Origin: Octopus bimaculoides
Taxonomy: Eukaryota
Assembly: GCF_001194135.2 (NCBI RefSeq)
Contig: NC_068993.1
Coordinates: 25,988,428-26,052,427, forward strand
Reading direction: 5' to 3'
Length of the DNA: 64,000 nucleotides
The notes under the pieces were generated by a model. It was given only the letters and a program-made list of their open reading frames with translations. It did not search any database and was not told the DNA's origin. Position 1 is the first letter of the stretch; the number at the start of each line of letters is the position of its first letter. Positions 1 through 11,957 of this stretch are shown one piece after another. Position numbers and translations under genes: made by a program.

Positions 1-82
1 TGTTATTTTAGAAGTATAAGCAATTTATTGCAGATAAATTTTAACAACAAAATCTTATATGGACCCTGGTTGAGAACCACTG
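1..82. mobile_element. Right end of a hAT-like non-autonomous DNA transposon, running off the left edge of the window
   Basis: ggttgagaaccactg at 68-82 is the reverse complement of CAGTGGTTCTCAACC, a typical hAT/Charlie-type TIR, preceded by ggaccct. The other end is not in the window. Confidence 0.5.
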
Positions 83-388
83 GACTAGCCAAATACAAAC
101 TACTAACATATTGCGGAACTGCAAATAACACTGGCATTAAGAGATAGTTCATGAAAACCAAATGTCACTGGCAGATGGCTACAGCCAATGTTGTGTTATG
201 ATCATCTCAGTCCTATCCTATTCCTATACTTAATTCACATCAGATGTTAATCCAACTGGTTAAATTGGACACCAAGTCAATGGATTGGCTAGCTGCAGCA
301 AGTAATATGAGTATTAGAAGTTAGCAGTAAAGGTGCTGAAAGTTGTCTAAAATTACGGTAGCATATAGGAGACACTGGTAAAACTTTA

Positions 389-793
389 TATCTTTTATCT
401 TTTACTTGTTTCAATCATTAGACCATGTCCATACTGGGACAATGCCTTCAAGGATTTTGGTTGAACGAATTGACCCCCAGTACCTTTTTTTTTGTCTTTT
501 TGAAGCCTGGTATTTATTCTACCAGCCTCTTTTGCTGAACTGCTAAGTTATGGCTATGTAAACACACTAACACTGACTGCCAAGCAGTGATGAGGGACAA
601 ACATGGACAGAAAAACACACACACACACACAGATACATATATACAATGGTCTTCTTCAATCAACCAAATCCACTCACAAGGCTTTGGTTGGCCAGAGGTT
701 ATAGTAGACATCACTTGCCCAGGGTACTACATGGTGCGACTAAACCCAGAACCATGTGGTTAGGAAGTAAACTTCTTACCATACAGCCATGCC
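389..793 (-). mobile_element. SINE family A (tRNA-headed, ~400 bp), decayed full-length copy
   Basis: Reverse complement aligns along its length with the copy at 10315-10710 (head ggcatggctgtatggtaag, central gccttgtgagtggatttg, internal (GT)n, tail gaaacaagtaaaaga). Confidence 0.85.
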
Positions 794-1369
794 TTTTGCC
801 CATATTTTAGTTCACTACTTATCAAAAAAATCAAAAGACTCCTGAAATATTTTAACATTTTTCATACATAGCTTGATTTAGTAACTCTTTACATTTTTTT
901 AATATTGTAGCAAATGTTTTACCAAGTGTACTTCCAATCTCTCCTAGAGGACTGAGCAAACAAATTCCAAAGCTCTCCAACAAAGGAAAAAAATGGACCC
1001 AGTCCACATGACGGTCAAGGTTTACAGAAATATCCTACCACCTACCTAAGTATGGAGAAAATTGACAACAAAAATGCCATTTATTATGAAATTAGATAAG
1101 CGGTTTATTTAATTTATTATCAAATTAAATAATAACCTTATTAATCAATTATTGACTGATGTAATTGACCAACCTGACATGTGCAAAAAATTCTTAATTG
1201 ACTGAAATTTATCCCTTATTTTGAAAAAGAAAACAAAAAAAACCTTGTGGTGTCCGTTTTCAATTATTTATAATTGTTATTTACTAGGAAAAAGTAGGAA
1301 AAAATTATCGTTGTTCTTAAACTGGTAACAAGGAGTCAGAAAACGCTATGCTTACTGAAAATAAAATTG

Positions 1370-2785
1370 ATGATTGAATCTGACACATTTGGATTGAAAA
1401 GAATCCCAATTGGTATCCAGATGGACATTCACAAGCACTATTGGAATTTCTTGAATCTTGTCAGACAGGCATAAGGGAAAGCCTTAAAACAAGTGGAAAA
1501 AGTCCTGGAATAATCTCACAAATTCCCAACATTACACACCCCAATATCTAGCTAATAACGATTCTATTGTTATTAAAATGGCGGATAAGGAAGGTGCTAT
1601 CGTAATTATGGACAAAAGTGAATATATTTTGGCTTGTGCAAAAGTTTTAAGTGACAAAACTTCATATGAAGAATTACCTGTTGATCCAAACCCCAATTAC
1701 AGAGAAGAACCTGACAAAATAATTCTGGAAAAGGAGGAAAACAATTTCCTTAATACGGCCAAATCCAGGATTTTATGGTCAGAAAGTAGAACACCTGCAT
1801 TTTATGGTTTCCCTAAAATACACAAAAAGTTTGAAAGATTTTCTCCAATGTGCCCAATTTGCAGCAGATATGAATGTTGTACAGCCAAGATTTCAGAATG
1901 GCTGGATGGCTTTCTACTCCCTGTTGGAAAAAAGATCAAGTTCTTATATTCGGGATACTTTTGATTTTGTGTCTAAAATCAACAACTTATTTTAAGCACC
2001 AAAGCCATGTCGAGAACTGTTTCTTGGTAACCATGGATGTTTCTTCCTTATATCCCAATATTGATCATGATGAAGGGGGTGGAAGCATGCAATGAATGCC
2101 TCAAAAAACAGTCAAACAAAAGTATTCCATCAAATTTTCTCTGTAGGTAATTAAGGTCTGTGTTACAAAGTAACAATGAAATTTGGACAAAAATTTTACC
2201 ACCAGAAATTTGAGACACAGTTACTGAAGACATTCAAATCCTTAAATGGTCATGAACCAATACTCTGATTACGGTTCATTGACGACGTATTTTTTGGTTG
2301 GGAAGGATCACAGGATAGTTTAATTGACTTCTTGCATTTTTGTGACAGTTATGCTAAAAACTATGCCTTTAAGTGCAACATAAAATTTACATCTAGTTTT
2401 TCAAAAACTAGTGTTGAATTTTTGGACACAACAGTTAAGTTTTCTGGAGTCAGAATAGTAACAGAATTATTTTGCAAGCCCACATCATCTCACATTTACC
2501 TCCACTGCTGCTCCGATCATCCACATCATATAATTCAGTCAAATCCAAAATCCCAATTTTTGAGAACAAAATGAATTTTTACTGACATAAGGGATTACTG
2601 GAAACATGCAAATGCTTTTGTACACTATTATGTCAACCAATTAAAGGAAATAGCAAACAAGATAGCTAAGATAAGTAAAGAAAGTTTAACCTTCACACAT
2701 AATTTTAGCAAACACATCCTTTAGTGATTAACTGGCACTGAAAATTTCACTGGCATTTCAAACATGTTGCATAAAAGTTACCAAA
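1370..2785 (+). pseudogene. Penelope-like element (PLE) reverse transcriptase remnant, frameshifted, GIY-YIG domain absent
   Basis: PLE RT motifs in order across frames: ADKEGAIVIMD (1578+), FYGFPKIHK (~1800), LVTMDVSSLYPNI (~2025-2060), RFIDDVFFGW (2272+), VEFLD, KPTSSHIYLH..SDHPHH..KSQFLR (~2476-2570). Ends where a SINE B copy starts. Confidence 0.85.
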
Positions 2786-2980
2786 TTTTGGCACAAGGCC
2801 AGTAATTTTAAGGGCGGGGATAAGTCGATAAATTGACCCAGTGTTCAACTGGTACTTATTTTGTCGACCCCGAAAGGATGAAAGGCAACCACAGCGGCAT
2901 TTGAACTCAGAATGTAAAGTTGGAAGAAAAGCTGCTAAGCATTTTTTCTGGCGTGGTAATGATTCTCACAGCTCACTGTC
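2783..2980 (-). mobile_element. SINE family B (tRNA-headed, ~200 bp)
   Basis: Shares ggcacaaggccag..gaccccagtg..actggtacttatttt.tcgaccccgaaaggatgaaaggc..tttgaactcagaatgtaaag with at least 9 other loci here; B-box-like gagttcaaat on the minus strand. Confidence 0.8.
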
Positions 2981-3396
2981 TGAAATTATGTCTGTGTCAC
3001 AAACAATTATCATTAGTTTACCTAAATCACTGGTTTGGTGAAGATAGGTTTGTATTACAATGTTTTAATGTATATGTTTAAAAATCACTGTTTTGAATTT
3101 AATTCACGCCAGATCAACTTTGCAATTCAACCAGCTGGAATTCAACCAGTTATATCCTGAAAGTTAGGAAATAATCTCTTAGCAGAAGAGAATTAGAATC
3201 AATTGGTTATAGACAAAAGAAACTAGTATAGTATCACTTATTAAAGCCTAGTAGTTGAGGTATTAAAATACTGGTCATGGGTTCAAATCATATAACAGAA
3301 TTCATTCTGCATCCTCTGAGTATCTCAATGATCAACAACTGACAGGATACCTTACCATAAAACAAATACCATATCGACATTTTTAAAACAACAACA

Positions 3397-3655
3397 CAGC
3401 TATACAAAGACAGCAATTCAGCTATGCTAAAACACCAACTCAACCATACTAAAACAATAACCTAGCCATACTAATATAGCAACCTAGTTATGCTAAAATA
3501 GGAACCTAGTTGTAGTAGAATGTAAACCAGTTCTATTAAAACAGAAACCAAGTCATAGCAAAATAGCAACCTGCTTTACAAAAAGAGCATCCCGCCATAC
3601 CAAAATAGCAACCTAGTTATACTAAAATATTAACGTAGCCAATAGCAAACTATCT
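3397..3655. repeat. Degenerate 21-22 bp minisatellite (~11-12 units), resuming at ~4966-5040 after the mariner
   Basis: Units such as tagttatgctaaaataggaacc, tagccatactaatatagcaacc and tagttatactaaaatattaacg; cagctatactaaaatagcaacc reappears right of the mariner. Confidence 0.8.
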
Positions 3656-3656
3656 A

Positions 3657-4963
3657 TCAGGTCATCCCATAAGTTCTGTCCGAATTTTGAATAAAGAAAA
3701 CAAGTGATCATATGTTATATTTAATTGAAATTTAATCATCAATGTACTTTCCTTGATTATCTATGACTTCCTTCCATCTATTTACAAGCTTTTTAATCCG
3801 ATCAATGCAAAACTCTTTTGGTTTCAAAGCGAAGAATTCTTAAATGTCAGTTTCGACCACCTCCTGGCTTATGAAAGTTATGTCCCCCAAATGATTCTGT
3901 AAACTACGAAACAAATGGTAGTCTGAAGGAGCAAAGTTGGGAGAATAAGGTGGATGAGGAATTTTTTCCCAACCAAGCTCTTCGGTCTTCTGTGATGTGA
4001 TCTTTGCAGTGTGGGGTCGCGCATTGTCCTGATGAAACATCACTCCTTTTCGATTCACTAAAGCAGGTCTTTTTCCTTCAAAGCTTGGTTCAAACACTCT
4101 AATTGCTGACAGCAGACTTGAGCATTGATTGTTGCATTAGGTGGTAACAATTCAAAATGAATTACTCTTTTGCAATCCTACCAGATAGAGAGAAGAACCT
4201 TTTTTCCCATGAAGTTTCTTTCTCGGTTGTGGTTGAGTTTTTTTTCCCTTTTACCAATGTTTTTTTACCTTTAACCAATGTTTACGACATTTAACATTTC
4301 GATAGAAGATTCATTTTTCGTCACCAGTCACAAGTCTATCCAAAAAGGGTGAAATGAGTTCGTGAGAATGGAGAGAAGAGCAGATGTCAACTCGGGATTT
4401 GCGGTTGCTTTCTGACAATTCATGAGGCACCCATTTTCCAAGTTTAGGAACCTTTCCAAATTGCTGAAGATGATGATGAATAGTTGTATGGTTTGAAATA
4501 AGCTTTATTGCCAATTCTTCAACTGATAATGCAGGATTTTCTTCAAGTAATGCCTCAATGAGTTTATCATCAAACTCAACTGGACGTCCTGTTCAATCTT
4601 CATCTTCAAGGGTGAAATCTCCACTTCTGAATTTTGCAAACCATCTTCTGCAAGTTCTGTCATTCAAGCGTTCTTTCCCATAAACTGAGTGTATGTTTCG
4701 AGTCGCTTCGACTACAGAGTTTACTTTTTTGGACTCATAAAGCATTATGTGCCTTAAATGCTCTTTGGATACTTCCATGTGAGAAAGGGTTTTAATCAAA
4801 GAAATTTTAATTCTATTATTCTGTAAAATAATATTTAATTAGTTTAAATGTACACAAATGCATAAAAATAATTTTAAATTCTATTAGACATTCTAAAATA
4901 CTATCAAATTTCATTCAATTTTAAAAAAGGGTAAAATCAGACAGAACTTATGGGATGACCTGA
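3657..4963 (-). mobile_element. Full-length mariner (DD34D) transposon, 1307 bp, transposase disrupted
   Basis: Perfect 24-bp TIR tcaggtcatcccataagttctgtc / gacagaacttatgggatgacctga with TA on both sides; minus-strand motifs MEVSKEHLRHIMLYE, WVPHEL, LVTGDEK, FHQDNARPH, HPPYSPNFAPSDYHLFRSL split over several frames. Confidence 0.97.
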
Positions 4964-6278
4964 TATATTAAATAACTATGGTAAAGTAAAACAGGAACCC
5001 AGCTATACTAAAATAGCAACCATAGCAACCCAGCTTTAATAACAAGAGAAAACAATACAGTGAAGACAATAGAAAAGTTTTCAACTGTCTTCTGAAAGAT
5101 TCATAGTTTATGCAAGTTGCTGATAATTTTGACAGTTTGCTCTTATTTTGCTGGTGGTGCATGATAGATTAAAAGAAGAAAGAAAGAAAAAAAAACAAAA
5201 CAAACAAAACAGCGTATTTGTGAGCTATCATCAAAGGATGTGAATCAATGCTGAACTCTCAAGCATGAATGAATTCCATAGAAAGCAGATATATGGGGGC
5301 GAGGTATTGAATTATTGCAAAGGTAACTAGAGCAATTGTTCAAACAAACTCACAAAATCATCTGATCAGTATACTCATCAATCACCAACTGATTCAGAAT
5401 TAAGCATCAAAAATGTTATGACAGAGACAACAGTCTGAGAGAATATCTGACTTTGACTATTAACACAAATCATGTGTGACAATAGCTATCAGATAAGTAA
5501 AAACCATAAACATGCAAACTAACCTGTAAAAAACAATTCGACTAAATAGTGAACTGGTTATATTGTGTAGGTCCCTATCATATATCAGCATAAAATATTG
5601 CATAATATCAGTTCTATGTACAACCAATTAATAATGTTACATATTTCTAAGATGAATTAATCCAATCAGTATTTTATCACTGTAGTGATATTAACTTTAT
5701 CATTTGTGCTTTACATCACATTTCAAGTGAGATACAGTTACTGACATATCTTTATGTTAGAGATGAACTCATGGACAAGGTTTCACTGTTCTTTTCTAAT
5801 GTTCTTTTCTATTAGTCTACGCAAATGTATACATGGACAAATATGGCATCAGAAAATAAAACAAATACTGAAACATCACCATCATCAAAGTTTTGGTATG
5901 TATTTTTCCATACTAGCAACAGTCAGTATTACAGCCTGCATCTTCTGCCAGGCTCATCATCCTGAGATCAGATCTCATTACTTCCACTTTCAAGATGTGA
6001 TGCCTTTTCAGTTTTTTTTACTTATTGTCCATTTCCATTCAATGTTCACATCAGTTTACACCTATAATGCTAAGCTGCTCTCTCAGCAAACTAAAGTAAA
6101 TAGTGGACGGGAGAGAACACTGCTATTAACTCAACTAATATGTGTCACAGAATGGCATAATGTGAGAATTTATCTTGTGAATAGCACTTAACTATACTTA
6201 AATTCCTGTCATGCTACCAGCTGCTGTGGTTTGATTTAGCATCTCTTTACTTATCTTAATCAGGGTTTAATAATGTAA

Positions 6279-6494
6279 CCCTTTAGCATTCAGATTTCTC
6301 TGTTAAATGTAATGCTTATTTATCTACACTGTTTTGAATTAACCATGCATTACCTTAGCTTCAAATTTTGATGCTGTGATTGTATATTTTTAGAATGACA
6401 GTGTAGAGTAGGTGCGGGATGCTAGTTTTGGCTAATTTGAACACAAAACGATAGACTATTTTGGCCTTGTATAGCCAGTTTACATGCTGAAGAG
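6279..6494. mobile_element. piggyBac-type non-autonomous MITE (~215 bp), opposite orientation to the copies at 24996 and 43498
   Basis: (g)taa|ccctttagcatt ... atgctgaagag|ttaa; the internal aatgcttatttat...cactgttttgaattaa is the reverse complement of the other two copies. Confidence 0.7.
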
Positions 6495-7879
6495 TTAAAC
6501 CATTGAACCATTCTAATTGCTTGCTTCTTCCTTTTGTCACTGTTATTGATATTGTTGTAGTCACCATCAAGATGACATTAGAAATGGTTAAGATAGAATT
6601 TCAGATTAGATACTTTGTAATATCAAACTTGATGTCTTCTATCTCTGTTGAGGAGCATCAATATATACCAGTACTATACACTGGTTGATACAATTTACAA
6701 CACTTCTATATTTTACAAATGCTGCATTCTCAACCACAAGAGAGTATTACAATTATTACTATTATTTTATTAGGAAGATAAATAGTACAGAAACAAAGTG
6801 CTTTACCTCACTGTTCTGAGCTCAGTTCATTCCAGAATTGATATTAATCTTTCTGGGAGGTACAATGTCAATCAAATAGGTACCAATAATGGTGAAGTTT
6901 TCACACTGTCTCTACAAAAACATGATATAACCATGAAACAGGTAGCTCAAATATTGTCCTTAAGCATGGTACATTAATTATTCTTGTTTTGGGGTTGAAG
7001 AAAAAAGATTCAGCAGTTTTTTTTTATTACAACTACTGTACAAGAGATGTGTCAAGTATCTTAGCGCTAATTAGTACTATGAAATTGACAAGTTTTTGAC
7101 TTACAGTCTTGAGTTCAAGGTAAAAATCTATCTGCAATAGGCCAGCATCCAATCCAAATGGGGTTATTTCTCATCTCTTTAATGCTATGGAAACAAGAGT
7201 TGAGAACAACTCTGTGGATCCTGGTGTTTTGGAAATTATTAGCATTTTTATTCTTTTCTCTCTAGTGCAGCTGAAAAAGAAGGAAGAAATTCTCACCATC
7301 TTACAATATTTGGAAAAGGTACTGCTTAACTCTCCTGCCATTTATTTGTTACCAGACAAATTATTCAATAGAATGAAGTATGGTTATTATTTATTTCCAG
7401 TGACACCAACTATTTTATAAAGTTGCAATTACAATAGTGTTGATAATTGAAGAAAAAAAATCTACAAATTTTGATTAGCTGTCAATAGTCATCTTTCATT
7501 ATGAAAGAATGGAGCAGTTGTGTCAACTGTATAGAAGATATATAATTGTTAGCAGTGACTGAAAAACTAATGTTGTCAAGGAAGTTGAAAGATTACATAT
7601 TTGAAACAACAAAGTTGTTGGGCAAGAAATTACTAAAATGATAGAGAGAGGATATGAGTAAGAACTATCAGTGAAGTTTTAAAACCAACAAACTTGTCCA
7701 CAATATATAACTGGTATGAACATTTTAACACACATGGAATGATGACACACAAAGCTACAAGAGCTACTGATCCTGTTCTGTACCAATTCACTCAAATAAG
7801 AACTTTGAAATTACATAGACTCAAAAACAGAGGGGACTGTACAAAAGATGGAATGCAACAGAAAAGGGGGTTACATTAA

Positions 7880-10000
7880 ATCATTTAAAAAGAAAAGCAT
7901 AAAAAAAAAACAGATGATGATGATACAATCTTCCTGATATAGGAAAACCTCTAGGGCCAATCAAGAAACCTAACCATCCAAGATCTCCCGAAACTTCAAA
8001 GGCAAGTGCTTTCTCTGTCATTCTCCAACTGACAGGTTTACTTTTAGAGTGATTCTCATACACTCTAACCAACTTCACACCCTCTTACCCACTTTCCAAT
8101 AAATTCCTTCAGAAAGCTGCTCCCTCTCCACTCCCACGTCCCTTTTCTAGTGAAAGTTGAAAAAATTGATGAGAACTTTATCAGAGAATAAAGTCTTTGC
8201 TTTCGTACAAGTCAACCTTGTCCAATACACAATCTCTTTCAGTATAGACACCAGGCAGGGGAAAACTGCCTAAAGGAGGGCAGTGGGGAAATCATCACAG
8301 TGGGCTCAGCTGACATCTGGACCTGTCCTACATGTGACAGCAGCATTTCAACAAAACTACACAAGTCAGCAATGCCCAGAGATCAAAAGAGTACATGCAG
8401 AGCAGTTTTGTTTACAAGCATCTCACAATGGCCTGTCTGATGGCACTTCAGTGCTTGTGTAGTTTATTGCAACTTGTTACGTAGCACTGTTAAACCAAGG
8501 ACTTCTGGAAATAATCCAAAATAATCAGTAGTCTGAAAGGTCTGGAACAGACTCACAACATCCAGTCTCCACAAGAATGTTATCACTCTTTCCCACCAAT
8601 AATCCGCTACAAATCCCTAGAATGGAACATCCACAGATCCCATTGCCTGACTGGCAGATGAGTGTTTGATGACATTTTAAATGCCAGGTACCCAGTTTCC
8701 ATTACTGCTTCACTTAGGACTGTTGCTCTGTCAAGAAGATGAGCTACAGAAAGACATGCCTCACAAATACTAGTTCACAGTCGATGAATCTCTGCAGGTG
8801 GTGCAGCCTCAGAGTGATTTGATTTTGGCCCCTACTACTGTCTCAAGTTCCGGTAAAATGGTGCTAACCCTCTGCAATTTGGTGGTACAGGACACCATGA
8901 TGATGATTTCTGCATAAGCCAATATGGCTCTCCCAGATCTTGATCAAGAAGGATGCTCTCAAAAGTCCCAACTTCTTCAGCAGTAGCTCTAGTGCTGGTA
9001 TATACTCAAGAGGAAGAGAAGAGGCAGCCTGATCAAAAAATGTCTGTGATGTAGAATGGGTCCCAAGAGGTGGTTGTTTACTTTGACTACCAAGCAGGTG
9101 TTGCTGTGTGGATTGCAAATGGGCTGCTGTTATCAACTTTTTGCAATACCTTACATCCTTTGCTGAGATCAGTGTTGAGTTATTGTGATAGGAGTAATGC
9201 AGTCCATTCATTCTGCGAAGCACTACCAGCCCTGAACAGTCAAATAAAGTGCTGCTCGAACACTGCAAACATCTGCTTAGAATCAAAATATGCCTACCGA
9301 AGTCATCAAAGACCTAAGTGTGGATTTCTTACCACATCATGCCCCTTCCACTCTACATTTCAGGCAGCCTTTATTCCCTCATGTTTTAGCACACAAGCCT
9401 TAGCTCTGACATCAGAGACTCTGTGGTTCATATTGAAAAAAAAAAAAAAAAAAATGTCAAAGCCCATCCTCACAATTAGCACATCAGATGTAACACTTTT
9501 ACTAATAGCATCTTCTATACTCCAATCTAATCGACTTCTTCAAAGCAACCAACCACCAGTTGTTGATGACTGCTTCCATCAATCTCCACTTGACTAATTC
9601 ATTAATCTGATCCTTGTAGTTATTTTGAATGCTGGTAAGAACACATTCAACCAGGTCCTTGTCTGTGGGTCTTATTTTAATCAACCAAGTCGAACTGTGA
9701 ATATCCAATGTTATCCTTATCCACTAGCTTAACAAATACTCTAACTATCCACATGGATGATCCACTGTGGTTAATCCATGCCCACACTGGCACATGTAGG
9801 AAATGCAGTTGGCACCTTGGAAACATCTGAGCAAGTTTTTGAGGTGGATGCATCTCCTTCCCTTATGTGATAGTCCCCTTTGTGCATCTGAAAATACAGT
9901 TCCAATCTCCCACTAGTGATATTGATTAAGATGTCCCCAGGAAAGCTTCTAGATGTCTGAAGAAATCAAACCATCCTGCTTCACTTGAGGCTTATCGAGT
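7880..10000 (-). pseudogene. Heavily decayed L1/Tx1-clade LINE ORF2 (APE endonuclease, RT, C-terminus) plus 3' UTR
   Basis: Minus strand reads DFFRHLEAFLGTS*SISLVGDWNCI (GDxN endonuclease motif, ~9900-9965), WWLVALKKSIRLE (~9520), LEYIPALELLLKKL (decayed RT domain 4, ~8960-9010) and EMLLSHVGQVQMSAE..KEIVYWTRL..LINFFNFH (~8150-8360). Many stops and frameshifts; locally higher GC. Confidence 0.7.
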
Positions 10001-10314
10001 ATTTCCAGAACAGTTTCACCTACTGCTGGCAAAATTGCTGCTATTGGTCACTGGATGCTTATTTCTGACAGCATATACAAGGCTTGGTGGCAGGTAATGA
10101 GTAAAGGAAAGCTGCCTACCCTTCCCCCCTACACACAGTGAGGGCTCATAGAAACAGAAGTAAGAGTATATGTCAGAGAAGTTATGTGTGGAGTTATACA
10201 AATAAAAAGTTTGTTATATTTAATTTTAAGGTAATGAATGATTTTTCTTTTGACAATTAGTATTCATTCCATCATTTTGAATAAGTACCAAGGAATTTCA
10301 TAAAACTTAATATA

Positions 10315-10710
10315 GGCGTAGGAGTGGCTGTGTGGTAAGTAGCTAGCTTACCAACCACATGGTCCCGGGTTCAGTCCCACTGCGTGGCATCTTGGGCAAG
10401 TGTCTTCTACTATAGCCTCGGGCCGACCAAAGCCTTGTGAGTGGATTTGGTAGACGGAAACTGAAAGAAGCCCGTCGTATATATATATATATGTATGTAT
10501 GTATGTGTTTGTGTGTCTGTGTTTGTCCCCCCAACATCGCTTGACAACCGATGCTGGTGTGTTTATGTCCCCGTAACTTTGCGGTTCGGCAAAAGAGACC
10601 GATAGAATAAGTACTAGGCTTCTAAAGAATAAGTCCTGGGGTCGATTTGCTCGACTAAAGGCGGTGCTCCAGCATGGCCGCAGTTAAAAGACTGAAACAA
10701 GTAAAAGAGT
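10315..10710 (+). mobile_element. SINE family A, best-preserved (young) copy
   Basis: Pol III A-box-like gtggctgtgtgg and B-box-like gggttcagtccc, then cttgggcaagtg (CORE-like motif), internal (TA)/(TG) microsatellite and 3' gaaacaagtaaaagagt; CpGs intact, unlike sister copies. Confidence 0.93.
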
Positions 10711-10786
10711 ATATGTAAGCCAGAATTCCTGATATTACCCAACGCTGCCGGTCATATGACGAGTAACACTAATAATAACGCTTTCT

Positions 10787-11185
10787 TATTTTGGCATGAG
10801 GCCAGCAATTTTGATGGTGGGGAAGATTGGTTGACGCCATCGATCCCAGTACTTGACTGGAACTCTATTTTATCAACCCTGAAAGAAAGAAAACAAAGTT
10901 GATCTCAGTGGAATTTTAGATCGGAATGTAAAGAGATGGAACAAATACTGCAAGGCAATCCGCCCCCACCTGCTCTAATCATTCTGTAGCTGTACTGTTT
11001 CTAATTTAAGTAAAAGACTAACAATTTTGTAGGGGTCGATACCATTGACCCCAATACTAGACAGATACTTTATTTTATCGCCTCCGAAAGAATGAAAATA
11101 AAGCTGACCTCGCAGGATTTGAACTGGAATAAAAACCACGAGGCATTTTGTCCGACGAGTTAACAATTCTGCCAATCCATCACCA
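10787..11185 (-). mobile_element. Two head-to-tail SINE B copies (~10787-10990 and ~11021-11185)
   Basis: Each carries the gacccc(a)..actgg.actttattttatc..ccgaaag.atgaaa...gacctc..gga.tttgaact block. Confidence 0.75.
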
Positions 11186-11920
11186 AGGTTAGTTTTGTAA
11201 AAGAACAAAATTGATTGGTAGAAGAACATGTGGATGGAGACAGAGGTTAATATGTGACTCGGTACGAAAGTAGACTTGTCCAACGTGGAAAAAAATCGAA
11301 CATAAAACGAGCTATTTCCTAACTAATACAGCCAAACAGAAAACACATTATTAACATGTGACTAAATATGAATTGAAAACAAAGATGCGAAATCATTCTA
11401 TCGTTTTGAACACTTAACCTCTATCAAAAAAAAACATATAGCTTCTGAAACCAGATATAATAAACAATGATAAAACATAATATAAACATGATGAACATGC
11501 CCGAAAAATAACGGAGCTAACCACAAATTATATAGTTAGGCTTCGTTATAAACCGAGATTTATGATTAGATTTAATACACGTGTACACAATTGGTTACAC
11601 ACTACATTTCGATAATCTGTGCAAAGAATTAGAAATATAACAACAACAATAGTAAACAAAGAAAATGACAATATTATGTGAAAAAGGTATTGAAGGCATT
11701 TAGTAAGATGTAGGTTAAATTCCTATTGACGATGCAGTTAGTAGCTGCTGAAATCGACATTGATGGAAACATGGGGAAGTAATAGCTGCACTTGCACAAT
11801 AACGAGTTGCTTCCCCTAGCATTGTCGCTTGTCTCGCGTTCTTTTCTTTCACGATCTTTATTTGGTTTAATTATATTTTCATATCCCTCCTCCTACATGG
11901 GCCTCCTTTTCACCATCACC

Positions 11921-11957
<37 letters not shown>

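Noticed and set aside
3397-3655. Regularly spaced short repeats (also 22549-22800) as a possible CRISPR array
   Set aside because: Degenerate contiguous tandem units without unique spacers, eukaryotic context and no cas genes.
5754-6191. 145-aa plus-strand ORF
   Set aside because: No recognisable motif; it overlaps what looks like a decayed minus-strand RTE tail (~5870-6010).
7266-7318. Plus-strand micro-exon candidate (QLKKKEEILTILQYLEK)
   Set aside because: Two frames are open, and the same purine run reads as a minus-strand acceptor tract; cannot be resolved and has no partner exon.
7694-7879. STIYNWYEHF helix-turn-helix-like peptide
   Set aside because: Too short; no TIRs or catalytic motifs nearby to support a Tc1/IS630 call.
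9070-9597. 175-aa plus-strand ORF (likewise 23169-23801 and 58249-58755)
   Set aside because: Antisense shadows of LINE ORF2 remnants on the minus strand.
10315-10390. tRNA-like A/B boxes at SINE heads
   Set aside because: No cloverleaf or anticodon arm, and they run into repeat bodies present in many copies; SINE promoters, not tRNA genes.
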